Origin: Diplonema japonicum
Lineage: Eukaryota > Protista > Euglenozoa: Diplonemea
Length of the DNA: 64,000 nt
Assembly (NCBI GenBank): GCA_964019335.1
Contig: OZ025666.1
Coordinates: forward strand, 669,438 to 733,437
Reading direction: 5' to 3'
Part shown: piece after piece, positions 34,301 through 46,724 of the stretch
Position numbering within the stretch: the first letter of the stretch is position 1
How the letters are laid out: every line of letters starts with the position of its first letter
Translations under genes and position numbers: made by a program
The notes under the pieces: generated by a model
Databases searched by the model: none
What the model saw: only the letters and a program-made list of their open reading frames with translations
Told to the model about the DNA's origin: nothing

Positions 34301-36914
34301 TTGTGTGACTTTTCACAGGACGCGAGGATGAATACTTGAAGCTAAATGGTGCACAAGCGGATCTGATAGACACTTTTAAGGCGATGAACGAATTCTATGA
34401 CGAGATGAGCGAGCCCTTTGACGTGGGCCACACGGCAGCCACAGGTGCTGAAAACAACGATCCCTCCATCAGCATCCGGAAGCCCAGTGAGAACATGTCT
34501 GTTGGCCACAAGCGTCGAATGGCGGGGTTGCTTCTGCGTATGTGGATGAAGAAGGTATGTGGATCAGTCAGTCGATAACATCATTTAGGCGGAGGAGACC
34601 AAAACCACGCTGGACGCTTTTGCATCGAAGTATAGAATCCCAAGGCTTGCGCTGCTTGCTTGGTTTGGCGGCGATTCGCCTGCATCTCCGTCGCTCCTTG
34701 CCGCCGTCAAGGACTGGTTGCATGAAGAGCTCAGGTCACTTGACCTTCTCGACGAGTTCAAGATAGAGGGGATGGACACTTACTCTCCTGTCAACGAACC
34801 CGGTTTCTATAAATGGATGGACAAGTCTAAATTTGACCATCAGTACGAACTCCTTCTCTCTGCGAAGCTTCAGCGATTTGACAGCGACAGGACGGTCGGC
34901 CTCTTCGACCCCTTGTCGGCACCTAGAGCTACGGCATCGGGCGTCCTGGATGTCTCAGAGAATCAGGCACTGCAGGAGTACAACGACAGGCTGTTGGGTG
35001 GAAACTCCGACATCATGAACAAGGCCGAGCTTGACGCCTACCACCAGAGAACAGCAAGCGAAATGCCTCGTGTGTCAGTGAACCCGAACACAGGGAGGAC
35101 CACCGCCAACATCAAGTCCTTCGTGAACGACGTTGGCTACGAAAAGGTATGACACGAATATGTTTACCCAAGCTTTTGGCAGGAGCACCTTGCAACCAGC
35201 ATATTTGGAGCACTAACTTTGAGCGATATTAAGGAAGCAATTTTCAGGACTTTGTTGCAGACCACAAGGGACCAGGGCAGGTCCTTGGGCTCGATGTATG
35301 TGGAATGTCTTTAGTAGCACCTCACACAGAGACGACGACAAGAATAGAGCAGATGAGCTGCTTAAGGCAAACCTCATGGATGCTGACACGGCCCTTTCCT
35401 TCGCAGCGGACTGGAAGGAGGGTCTTGCTATGGACATCAAGTACGCTATAAGACGCAACTTGGGGAACAAAAGGATGAACCAGGATTTCTGTTCGTTTGT
35501 TGGACTGGAAGCAGAGGCGAAGGAGATTAGCGTATGTAGGTACGGGTGTGCTGAACCATTCTACAGGAGAAGTTCGATGGTTTGTACGAATACCCAGAGG
35601 GAGCATTCAGGATCAACGCTTTGCATGTCGAGAACGCCACGCTTGATGGTGAAGAGTGGCAGGGCGAATTGGTATGCTACGGTGTAATCAACGTACTGCG
35701 TACAGGTCGAGTCGGATGGCGAGTGGCGGGCACAGCTGAGCAATGGAAAGGTTCTAATGGTTCGTAGGGTGTCCTCCGATAAGGTCGAGTGGACATACAG
35801 TAACGAAGACGCAAAGACCGCTCCAAGGCTCGCAACTGCCCAGCGTGCGGACATTGACCTGGAAGGCGCCATGTGGCGTCTGTACGTCAATGGGAACTGG
35901 GTGCCTGGCGTTGACGAAGCAAAGAACCTCGTACTCAGGTGGACCAAGAACAACGTCGACAAAGTATGCATAGTTTTGGCACCCACCTCGTCAGGTGATA
36001 TGGGACGTCGTGCCTGCTGGTCTCAAGCAAGCAGACCTCACCTTTATCAATGCTGCCCTCGATGTCAAGGTGCCCCTTCAGATCGGCGAGCCGTACGCTG
36101 ATGAGACTGGTAAGATCTTCAGGAACATCAAAGCAGACGGCAATACCGATCAGGTGGACTGCTGGGTGAACCAGGTACCCGGCATCCCTTCCGAGTCGAC
36201 AAGCGTTGTGAAAATCGACCAAAAGAACAACGTTTTCAACTTCGAGTGCGTTCAGGTATGCGTAACGTGACAGTCTTCATTCTTTTTAGGAAGCACGAGA
36301 TGTGAGCCAAGTTGAAGGTGTAAAGGGTGTGCCCTTCGAGTTCGATAGCATTAGGACAGAGGTTGCAGGCGCTAGGGACAAGTGGTTGAGGTTGGGCATG
36401 GGCCTTGCAGATGATAGTGTTAAGGTTATTGCTAGAGAGGGGATCCCTTTCTACGGGAGCATGGTCGAGCTAATGCATTGGTTGGACGTGCTTCTTACTA
36501 AAATGAACACGGAGATTAAGGAGCTCCAGAACAGCGAACAAGCCACTATTGAACAGCGGAAAGAAGTGGAGAGGCAGATCAACGAGTTCCAACAGATCCA
36601 GCAGGACTGCGTCAAACAGGTGCTGGATTACCAAACCAGCGAGTTCTCTTGCAAGCCCATCCTCTTGGGAAACTCGGGGTACGACGCCGCAATCACGAAC
36701 GAGCAGGGCGAGAAGTCCTTGCAATACGACACTGTCTCCATCACTGGGTACCAAGCAAAGGTATACGTTACGAATTTGAGTTTTTACGCAATCACAGGTG
36801 TTGGGTAGGTATCTACCTCTTTTGAACTGGTGGGACAAGATCATAACGGAGTTGAAGCAGATAAGAACATCAGAGGGTCATCGTCTGAACAGGAGGTTAG
36901 ACAAAAGAAGCTAG
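31394..36914 (+). CDS. Large (~1726 aa) probable mitochondrial protein of unknown family; introns 34199-34232, 34288-34318, 34555-34588, 35147-35182, 35296-35329, 35532-35566, 35672-35705, 35964-35994, 36256-36289, 36761-36797
   Basis: Arg-rich acid-free N-terminus; ten consensus introns chain the ORF-track fragments into one frame; CACAG acceptor at 31380-31381. Confidence 0.8.
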
Positions 36915-36975
36915 GCAGTGATGTTATTTATACCGAGACTTGCCACATCTTTAAAACATTCACCTCACAGAAGAG

Positions 36976-38739
36976 ATGGCGTCCATGTCGAAGGGCCAGA
37001 TCGACAACCCCTTCCGGCAGCCAACTGATGAAGAGGTTTTCTTTATGAGGGACCAGGAGCGTCTGGAGAAGGAAAAACAAAAGGCAAAATTACAATACCA
37101 GAAGGTACACGAAAAGACGACAGCAAGCGCAAGAATCGGTTCAGCAACGACGGCATCTGGGTTCGATGACACAACAGAAACGAAGATCAAGAAGCATGGA
37201 TACCTACCAGACCTTACACATACGTCGGAGGTTCGAAAGGACAAAGAGAACATGGCAGACTTTATTGCAAAGAAGAGAGAGATGGGCCTCATCAGAATGT
37301 CACTGGCAACAAAGAGGGCCGAGATCCACAAGCTGGAAAGCGAAGCGGAGCGAGCTGAGAAGCGTATTAAGCAGCAGGAGGAGCAGCTGGAAGAGACTTC
37401 TCAGAAGTTCGACCATTTCTTGAAAGATAATGACATGAAGGCTGTTGAAGCGATGAAGAAGGCCGAGACAGAGTCCAAGGGAAAGAACGAGAAAACGGGC
37501 GAGATAAAGAAGCTGACGGCACACAACGCGGCTGTGATGACGGAGAAGACGAAATACGAAGAACAGCTGAATGCGTGCTTAAGGTATAAGCATGACTTGG
37601 ACAAGCTGACGCCTGACTCGTGGTTCAGGGAGACCTTAATCAGTATCAAGATACGGGACGAGCGAGAGAGGCTTCGGAGTATTGCATTAGCTGAGCTCGA
37701 AGAGCAATCGGAACAGGAGGAAGAGCCCAACACAGATGACATCGAAGAGAAGATAGAAGCGCAGCTGAAAGATTTCATCCAGAAGGCCACAGAGGGGGTC
37801 ATGGAGATGCCAATTGCAGCCGAGGACTCGGAGGATAAGGAGGCCGCAGCTGTGAGGACAGTGAAGGGTGATCTAGACGCAATGGACCCTGACAAGGTAT
37901 GCACAACCCTACAAGCACACACATATAGGTGCCCATGTTCTTTACAGAACCAGACAAGATTCTCGACATCTTCGTCGAGATCGAGGAGAACAACCTGTTC
38001 CTCATCCAGAACTGCCAGGTTTGAACAAATCAAAACCTTTAAAGTACTAATGACAGGAAACGGAACAAGCACTGGAGGAGCTGAGGGCGAAGTACGAAGA
38101 TGCAAAGCAGAAGATGGACAAGCAGGTTGCACAGTTGAAGTCGCAAATCGAAATTGAGAAGCAGAAAATAGCTGTCGAGGACGCAAAGAAAAAGGCGTTA
38201 CAGTCACGAACACAACAGTCGAAAGATGCCAAAGGGCAGGAAGCACTGCTTAAGCAGATTGAACAAAAGGTGTTCGCAATCTACAAACAATGGCTTGGCG
38301 AGGATCACCAGAGTCAGTCGACGCTCGGCATCATGACACAGATCGAGACAAAGTTGGAAGAGCTAAAGGTACTTTTGTTTAGGTTCTTTATCCTAGAATC
38401 CTCTTTAACAGAAATATATCGACGAGAACGTGCCAGGAGGAAGGGATATACCCGGGGACCTTGTTTCCATTCTGATGAAGCAGCAGTATGCAACACTCCA
38501 ACTCTTTAAGGCACTACAGGGACAAGCAACGACGTGACCGTCTGAGACAAAAGAAGAGGAATGAGGACAGGGAGCGACAGCAAAGGAGAGCGGACCAGGT
38601 GCTCGCAAGAGCATTCCAATCTGTGAAGAAGAGAGTAGGGAAGCCTGTAATGTGGCGCTCTAAGCCAGACGAAAAGAAGAGGGAGATAACAGGACCCACA
38701 GAACAGATAGAAGATGAAGATGAAGAATTCTTCAAATGA
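36976..38739 (+). CDS. CFAP100: CFAP100/CCDC37-38 family flagellar coiled-coil protein (DUF4200), ~538 aa; introns 37897-37928, 38019-38056, 38369-38411, 38486-38519
   Basis: NPFRQP, ENMADFIAKKREM, KFDHFLKDND, IEENNLFLIQNCQE, KKRVGKPVMWRS, DEEFF. Confidence 0.85.
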
Positions 38740-38791
38740 TGTAGTATACAGTTAATGCTTGGCAGTTTTGCAACAAGCAACTTTAACAGAT

Positions 38792-39417
38792 ATGAATGAA
38801 AATGAGAGCAGAGCGGTGGTAGTGCAAGGTATACCTCCTTCGTGGACAAAGGATGACGTGACAAAGTACTTCGGAGAGGGTAATATTGAACGCTTTACGT
38901 TCTTCCCGCGGAAAGCGATGGCACTAATGACGCTCGCGACGCAGGAGGCAGTCGCGAATGGGCTGAAGCTGCACAACGTTACTCCTGAGGGAGAGACAAA
39001 CCCTGTGACAGTGGAGCTTACAGAGCGCAAGGCGAAGTTCAACAGTGAAGGGATGAATAAGCTGAAGAAGAGAAGCCGCGGCAAGAAGGTATAACGCATA
39101 TGTGTTTATAACTCACCACACAGCAATCGGAGGTATCTGCAGAACCTTTTAAAGGAGACGAAGTAACAGAAAAGACATGTGAGGCGGCCGAGCCGAAAGA
39201 GCGGGAAAAGGAATCACCCAGCGAAGAGAAGGCACAAGACGCAGTAGTGCAAGAGATACTAAAAGAGCAATCATCAGCAGTGCATGAGGGACCCCCCGCA
39301 CCATCCATGCCTGATGTCCCAGAAGGAGACCTTCCTGTGTTGCCCGTTAGGAAGAAGGCACGTAAGGAAAAGAAGCAGAGATCTTCTGCTTTATTGAGTT
39401 TCATAGATGAGCCGTAA
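38792..39417 (+). CDS. RRM-domain protein with charged tail; intron 39089-39123
   Basis: AVVVQGIPPSWTKDDVTKYF (RNP2 and helix 1); basic NLS-like stretches; ends ALLSFIDEP. Confidence 0.72.
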
Positions 39418-39471
39418 ACATTTGTAATCAGCATTTTCGATGTCATGCCTACCCACAGGAGATGTGCTGAG

Positions 39472-42400
39472 ATGAATCCGTCATCAGAGAAGAGCGAGCT
39501 ATGCATAGGCGACTATGTGGTGTTCCAGGCGTCGAACCTCACTGACTGCTTATCCGTGGAATGGTTAGGGGTCACTTGCTACCCTGTGATGCACAGCTTC
39601 GCGAGCACAGGGGACAAGCCCGCATCTCCCGTGGCCGTTGTTGCTCAGGGTAATCAGAAGGTGCCTTGCAGTGGCGAGCCGTTTACTGAGAGACGAGTGT
39701 TTACGATATCTTTGGACGTTGCTATCCAGGAGTCGAAGTACCTTTCTTATGGGCAGACAATTAGACTGCAGAATGTGTATTCATCGCTGTTCCTGAGCAG
39801 CAGGGATGTTGATGGCGAGCTGGAGGCAGTCCTAGAGCACCCCAGGGACGTCAAGGACCTTGTAGACGAGACGGGCGTAAGGAGGGATTTGTGGAAGTTG
39901 CTCCCAAGACACAAGGTACGAGAGGATGGTGAAAAAGTGCGGAGAAATGATCAGTTGTTTATCGTGAACGTAGCGTGTGGGCTGTACCTCAACTTAGCTA
40001 ATGTGCAGTCGCCCCGTCTGGACACGTGGTGCAAGGTGAATAATGAACTGATGGATAGACGCTCAGTAGAGGTTCCTTCGCGCATGATTGCAGGCTTCCA
40101 GGGCACGGACACAAGAGGCTCTGCTTGGGTAGTATCCTCTTATGAATCACAGCAAGAGATTAAAAACACGATTCGATGTCTGGACACCGTAGTTGTGTTC
40201 CACAAAGAGGCAGAGAGCTTCCTCAGCGTCTCGGGTGTGTCTCCGCAAGGCATCGGGGATGTCAGCTTCGATAAGTGCAAGGTAGATAAGTCCACCTACA
40301 ACGTGTTAGATCTGGACTACACCACTTCTTCGCTTTTCGCAATTGAAGCTGAGGATCCAAGCAAGGGTGGTGGTGTTATGTACACCAAGAAAAGGTACCG
40401 CTTGAAGCATGTGGCTAGCGACACGTACCTTGCACTCAGCATCGTTGAAGGTGATCTTGGCAAGCGCGTTGTGAGCGTCGTGACTACACCGTCACCCGAC
40501 GATGCGAATTTGCTAGTATTCCAGCCTCTTGACTCTGACAACACGGACGTCTGTCTCACACGGACAGGTTTCTCGCGTTTGCAATTTGCAACTTCTGAGT
40601 TGTGGCTTCATGCGAAGCAGCCAAGTGAACCGGAAGAAGAGACAGGTTCCTTTCTTGGTGCCGAGGGGGTATCGAAGGGTTATTTTGAAGATGTTCTTGC
40701 CTTGCGCGTAGTTAGGCCCACGTTGAGGTCGGACCTCCTTACCGTTGTGGCTCCTACGGTCCTACAACAATTTATCAGGCACTGGTCGCAGCGCAAGGTA
40801 CTTCGACAGCTAGAAGGCGTGGACTGGAGGGGGCGCAAGAGGGTGGTTGAGGTAGACGCCGACCAGGCAGCGGCGGAGAAGCAGCTCACGAAAGCAACGT
40901 CTCACTTCCTGCGTAACATCATTAGGGCACTGTCGAACATCTCGTACGGTGAGAAGGGCTTCGACCTGTTGAATGATGCACTCCCGAAGCCTTCGTATAG
41001 GTGCCAACGAATGCTTTTCGAAAACAGTATCCACGAGCTGCTGTTTGAGGTACTACGAGTGCCGCTTGAGCATGGAGGGCTATCTCTTGATAAGGTTGGC
41101 GATGAGATGCTAGAGATTTACAGAGTCGGCTTTAGACTTGTGGAGCAGATGATTAAGGGCGCGAAGGACTTGGCAGTCAAGCTGTCTCGGTTTATCCCCT
41201 TTCTTGAGGCGCAGCTCAAGCACGAGCTGAACATCGCCAGCGCTCTTATGCAGATAGTTGTTGACAACAAGCAGATTTTAGAGTCCCTTCACCAAAGGCA
41301 GTTAGAGAGCTTCTGCTTTCTAATACCCCAGTATGGAAGGACGCCAACGTACCTAAAGCTGCTATCTGCATGTTGTGTATGCGACAACGGGGCAATGAAG
41401 GCGAATCAGATTTCCATAGGGCAATGTTTGAGCGGAATAGACGTAGAAAAGCAGGAAGCACGATCTTGCACTGTAAGCTGCCTGCGTGTATTCTACACTA
41501 TTACGCTTCATGCGCTTGATGGATTGCATATCAAACCTTACACCAGTTTCCCTCCTTCGACAGAACGCAAGGTGCGTAGGTTTCTGCAGCGGTACGAAGC
41601 GGACAGGAAGGCACGCGAGAAGGGACTCCTCTATAGCGATCATGACATCTCCAGCAGTGAGAGTAGTTTGAGCTCCGCTGACTCACATGAAGACTTGTCG
41701 GCGGGGTTCTATGACGATGATTGCGAGTCCTCATATGAGGAGGAGATTCTTGTGGAGGCAGGTCTGGGTACAACAGATGCTCTCATGTCGCCTGCTTCTC
41801 AAAAGTTTCTCTACCGCTCGAAGAAGAAGGCAAAGCAGTCGTGGAGCTATTACATGAACCAAGAGGCAATACCTCAGACAATGCAAGCCGTAAGTGGCTG
41901 CTGGGTGTGGAGGTGCGAAATACCTGCAGTTGCCCCTCAGTGGAGGCGTCAGTGGTTCTCTCTCGCAGGCGGGTATCTAACTTTCAGGAAGGAGAAAGGT
42001 GGTGTTGTCCTTCGCTCGCTTCCCGTTGTTGAAATTTCCCATGTTTACAAGGATTGTGTGAGTGACGCAAGGCCGCCGGCTACCGTCAAGAGCTACGGGT
42101 TTGTCTGTGAGCTGACATCGCGCTTGTCGGGAAAGGCAAAGAAGCTATTGCTGTGCGCAGAGTGCATGGGAGAGCGGAACGAGATGCTTGAAGTTCTACG
42201 AAGCGAGGTACGCAATGCGGAGGCTGCTATCGAAGGGACGAAGGCTCTGTCTGGAGACCCTGTGTTTGCTGGAAGGGTAGGAGCGCAAGGAAAGAAGACG
42301 GCTAGTCTCCAAAGCCACATGAAGTCTCTCCTTCGAAAGCACCACAACTTCAGAGGTGTTGATGACGCTGGTATTAGTGACAAGGTGACAAGGGTCACAA

Positions 42401-45400
42401 TCGGGACACGCTTCGACACCCAATGGGAGTCCATGACCAACTTCATCAAGCACCGTCCTGTGCAAGCTGTGGCATACCTTGAGGCGCAGTTGATATTGTT
42501 TAGCAAGCTTTGTACCGGCAACAATGGGCTCACACTCAATTGGGTGCAGAGCATCATTTCGAGGGAGATAATCAAGGAAGGGCTCACGCTTTCTTGCGAG
42601 CATCCTTTGTCCCCAGGCATAAGAGCTGCGTTTGCGGAGTTAGCCATCACTGTATACCTAGTGCCTGCTGTGGGAACGGTGGATGAACACACGCAGAGGC
42701 ACTTGACGTTTCTAGGGCAACTTAAGGCAGCCGTTGATGACCATCTCAGAAGACCGAACAAGTCGAAGAAGAGTGAGCAGTATTCCATGAATGAGCACAA
42801 GTTCACCACTGCAGTATTACGACTGTGCAACGAGCTGATTTCTGCAAAGAGCTATACACACGAGGAGCTTGCATCATTACTGCCACCACTGTTGAAGGTG
42901 TTATCGAGAAACCCGCCCCAGCAGGTACAAGTGCAAAACTCTAAAGAGCAACAGTTTGGGATCACCAGAGAGGCTGTGAATGCCACGTTCCCACGCGAGG
43001 TACGCGCGGAGCCTGTTTCTAGCATGCAGATGAAGGTCATGGAGACCAAGCTTGAAGCATGCAACGTTCTTCTCAAGCTCTTCGAAGACGAAGCCACGGC
43101 GAAGTTGATGGCCGATGTCTTCGGGACCTTTGTGCCAAAGGGATCTGTCGACCAGCTCACAACCGCACTGTTGTCGACGCTGCTACACAATGGACACGAT
43201 CTGCTCTTCCTGACATCGCTGCGACTGCTATTCAGAAACCTTTCGTCGGACTTCAACACGTGGTACAGCGAAGAGTCATACGTCAGGTTTGCTACTATCC
43301 TTCTGCGGCAGCTGCAGGAAGGGCACCTAGAAGTTATCTTGGCTCTGTTCAAGCTCCTAGAAGGCAGTTTCGGTGGCGCTAAAGCATCGGGCGAAACGAT
43401 GCTTGCAGTGATGACCACCCTTGCGCGCATGATTTACCTCGATAAAGACCCGGCGAAAATGGCACGGGCGCAGACTGAGCTTGACAAGCTTGGTATAGCT
43501 CCTCTTGTGGCCGTATTGATCGAGTCGAAGGATGAGACGGTTGTGAAACACTCTTTAGACCTCATGATCGCTCTTATGCATGGGGGGAATGCAGAGGTGC
43601 AGCGGTCGTTGTCTGATTACTTTCTTTCACGAAACGACGAAGCGCTTTTCGTAACTCTCAAGAACAGGATAACGGGAGCTGTTTTGCAAATAAAGGAAGC
43701 GAAGAACAACAATACGCGACCAGAGCTGTTTGAGGCAAACAACTTGCAACACGTGCTTGAGGTGCTGCGTGTCTTGCAGCTCTTCAGCGAAGGGCATAAC
43801 CTTGACATGCAGAACTATTTGCGGGCACAGACAGATAACGTGGTGTCATATAACTTGGTGCAGGAGTCGTTAACCTTCTTATGTGTCGCTTTAACCATTG
43901 AAAAGCACACTGATTTCACGCAGGCGATACTTGTGCAATCATTCAACACTCTAACTGAATACTGCCAGGGTCCATGTAAAGGGAACCAGATACAACTTGT
44001 AAAGGGAAACATAGCTTCGCATACGACTGGCGCCTTAGGGAGGGACTTCTCAGAGCTGGATAAGGAACAAATCAATGAGATTAGAACAGCATCGCTGCAG
44101 TGCCTCCACTCTGTGCTTGAAGGCAATACGCTGCACGACCCAACTACCGTTGCAGTGCAGCACACGATCGACAGCACCATTCTCAGACAGGTAGTAGAGA
44201 CAGCATGGTTAGACAAAAAAAACGACTCCTCTCTCGAAGTGGCTTTCAACGTCTTCATTTTGTTGAAGATGCTGAAAATGACTGCAGCTCTGGAGAGAAC
44301 ACCAGGCTACGCGTTCCTTGATGCGATGACTGGCGGCATCGAGATATCCCGTGAAGGGAGGCTCGAAAGGGTGTACTTCAGGATACCTGCGATCTCTGCC
44401 AATTTATCTGACGAAACAAAGGACGATTTATTGCGGTCAGTGAACAGGTCGACATCGACGGCAAGGATCTCAGACTTCTACTACCGTGCAGAGGGGTTGA
44501 TCTTCGAGATCGAGTACTACCAGAAGATGTTCCACGAGGTCAGAGACACGCCCCTCGCCGAGTACTCACGTCTTGCACAGCAGCTGCTGCACAAGTGGAG
44601 TGTGTTGTGGCACGACATCATGCTTGGGATGGCCTTCACCGCTAACATCCTACTTGTGTGCTTTGCTAGTTATCAGCCTGACGAAGACAACGTTGCTTTG
44701 CTGTCACTTCCTTCTGAGGTCAGCACTACCTTGCGTCTCATCTCCGTTGTGCAGGTAGTGGTGACTGCATGTCTTGTGACTGACTTCCTGATTGCAAAGG
44801 CCCCTCTTATTTCATTCAGACTCAAAAAGCAGCAGCGCCTTGAGGCTGTAAGGAAGGCCAGCCAGCGGCTGTCTAGCACACAAATGATTTCGTGGTGGAA
44901 TTCTCCAGAGGCACAAGACCCCTTAGCGTCTCCACCAAGCAATAACGATGGCAATGTTGAGAAAGAAATAATCAAAGCCAGAGACAAGGAAGAGGGTACA
45001 GGCGTCACAGGGGGAAGACGCCCTGAGATGACTCATGGGTCAGAGATATCAAAGGTTCTCGAGAACCAGGATTTCACCTTGTGGTCCATGTTGTGGAGCT
45101 TCAAAAGCGACACCACTTTCCTGTTTTATTTATTGTGCCTTTTATGTGCCATGTTTTCGATGTTTGGGAGCGTCTTCTTCTTATCTATACACCTACTGGC
45201 CGTGAGCAGCAGGAGTCCTGTGCTGCTGAACGTCATCACAGCAGTGACACGGCATAGCCGTGCCTTGGTGCTAACAGCGTTGCTAGGTTCTGTTGTTGTT
45301 TATCTATTCACCGTGATGGCCTTCATCTTGTTCAGGGAGAAGTTCCAGCCGGAGATCGAGGGAAGTGACGAGAGTGCCTGTGATTCGTTAGGAGGGTGCT

Positions 45401-46204
45401 TTAGGTACTTATTGCTGAACGCTGTGCGCGCGGGTGGTGGTGTGGGGGACCTGATTGAAGACCACAGTTGGCATGATAGGCCGTACATTGTCTTCGGTCT
45501 GTTGTCAGATTTCTTGTTCTTCGTGATTGTCATCGTCATCCTGCTGAACATCATATCCGGTGTGATCATCGATACCTTCGCTCGCCTGAGGGAGGAACGT
45601 CAGGTAATTGAAGACGATATCAAGAGTAGATGCTTCATCTGCGGCATCGAGAGTACGCAGTTCGACAGACAGGGCGAGGGGTTCGAGCACCATATCAAGC
45701 ATGACCATAACCTGTGGCTATACATTTACTTTTTGCACCACCTGATGAAGAAGGACGTATCGGATTTCACGGGGCAAGAGTCTTATGTGTACAACATGAT
45801 ACACAAGCACGACCTTGGGTTCTTCCCGTTGAACAAAGCGATTGTGTTGGAAGGCAAGAGGGATGAGGAAGACAGGTTAATCATCATGGCCAACGAGGAC
45901 AGGGTCATGCAGGAGAAGCTTGACGAGGTGGACGGGAAACTCGCAGAGGTATGTAAAAGAGGGGGACAACGACATTCTCACAGGTGCATCAAACATGGAC
46001 CAAGGCTCACCATGAACACAAGGATCAGGTCTCACAGTTGTGCGAGTCTGCAGTTCAGGCAGTTGAGGAGACGCATAAGGTATGTGCTGTGCAGCACCCT
46101 CAACTGCAACATCACAGACTACTGAGGATCCAGGGCCGCCTACACCCAGAAACCGGAAGAGGAACGTCAGCTTGTTTAGTGCCCGTTCCGCTAGATTACG
46201 ATAA
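39472..46204 (+). CDS. ITPR: Inositol 1,4,5-trisphosphate receptor-type Ca2+ channel with internal PH domain, ~2219 aa; introns 45949-45983, 46080-46117
   Basis: LSYGQTIRLQNVYS, VFHKEAESFL, YRLKHVASDTYL (MIR), LQLFSEGHNLDMQNYLR, TLTEYCQGPC, pore VRAGGGVGD, GVIIDTFARLREE, CFICG...HIKHDHNLW. Confidence 0.95.
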
Positions 46205-46280
46205 CCATAGATTAGATTTTTGCTTGTTATTGCTTGAGTTAATAAAAAGTCAGTGTTGTTCTGTCGTACTTACTACAGGA

Positions 46281-46493
46281 ATGCCGACGCAGGATGAAGT
46301 ATTAAAAGCCTTCAAGGTATTTGATCACAAGCAAAGCGGCAAGATTCCCACTGACACATTTAGGTTTGTGCTCACAAGACTTGGGAATGTGATGACGCCT
46401 GCGGAGGCAGACGAGATTATCGAGGAAGCTGACAGCTACGGTGAAGGGCTTGTGGATTACACTGCATTTGTGAATGATGTTCTGTTTGTGTGA
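46281..46493 (+). CDS. 70-aa single-lobe calmodulin/myosin-light-chain-like EF-hand protein
   Basis: DEVLKAFKVFD...SGKI...FVLTRLG...EADEIIEEAD...GLVDYTAFV; CAG acceptor at 46277-46278. Confidence 0.85.
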   Translation: MPTQDEVLKAFKVFDHKQSGKIPTDTFRFVLTRLGNVMTPAEADEIIEEADSYGEGLVDYTAFVNDVLFV

Positions 46494-46724
46494 TACTAGA
46501 TTGGTTCGAGTCACCAGGGTAGCGAGAACATGGCAGGACGGGCAGTGGTCTTGTGCGATTCACTGGTACGCTAGTAGCATCCATAGCACTGCAGAAATAG
46601 ATCGAGTTGTTATGTATGAGGTTGCTAAGTCGCTCGTACGCAGGCGGTTATGAAGCAACCAAAGTTATTCTTCTCTTCTTATGTATTTGATGTTGTCTAG
46701 CACACTTATCAGGTAGTACAGAAC

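Noticed and set aside
46450-46665. tRNA or SECIS element
   Set aside because: The B-box-like motif lacks a T-stem and cloverleaf; the hairpin lacks the tandem GA core.
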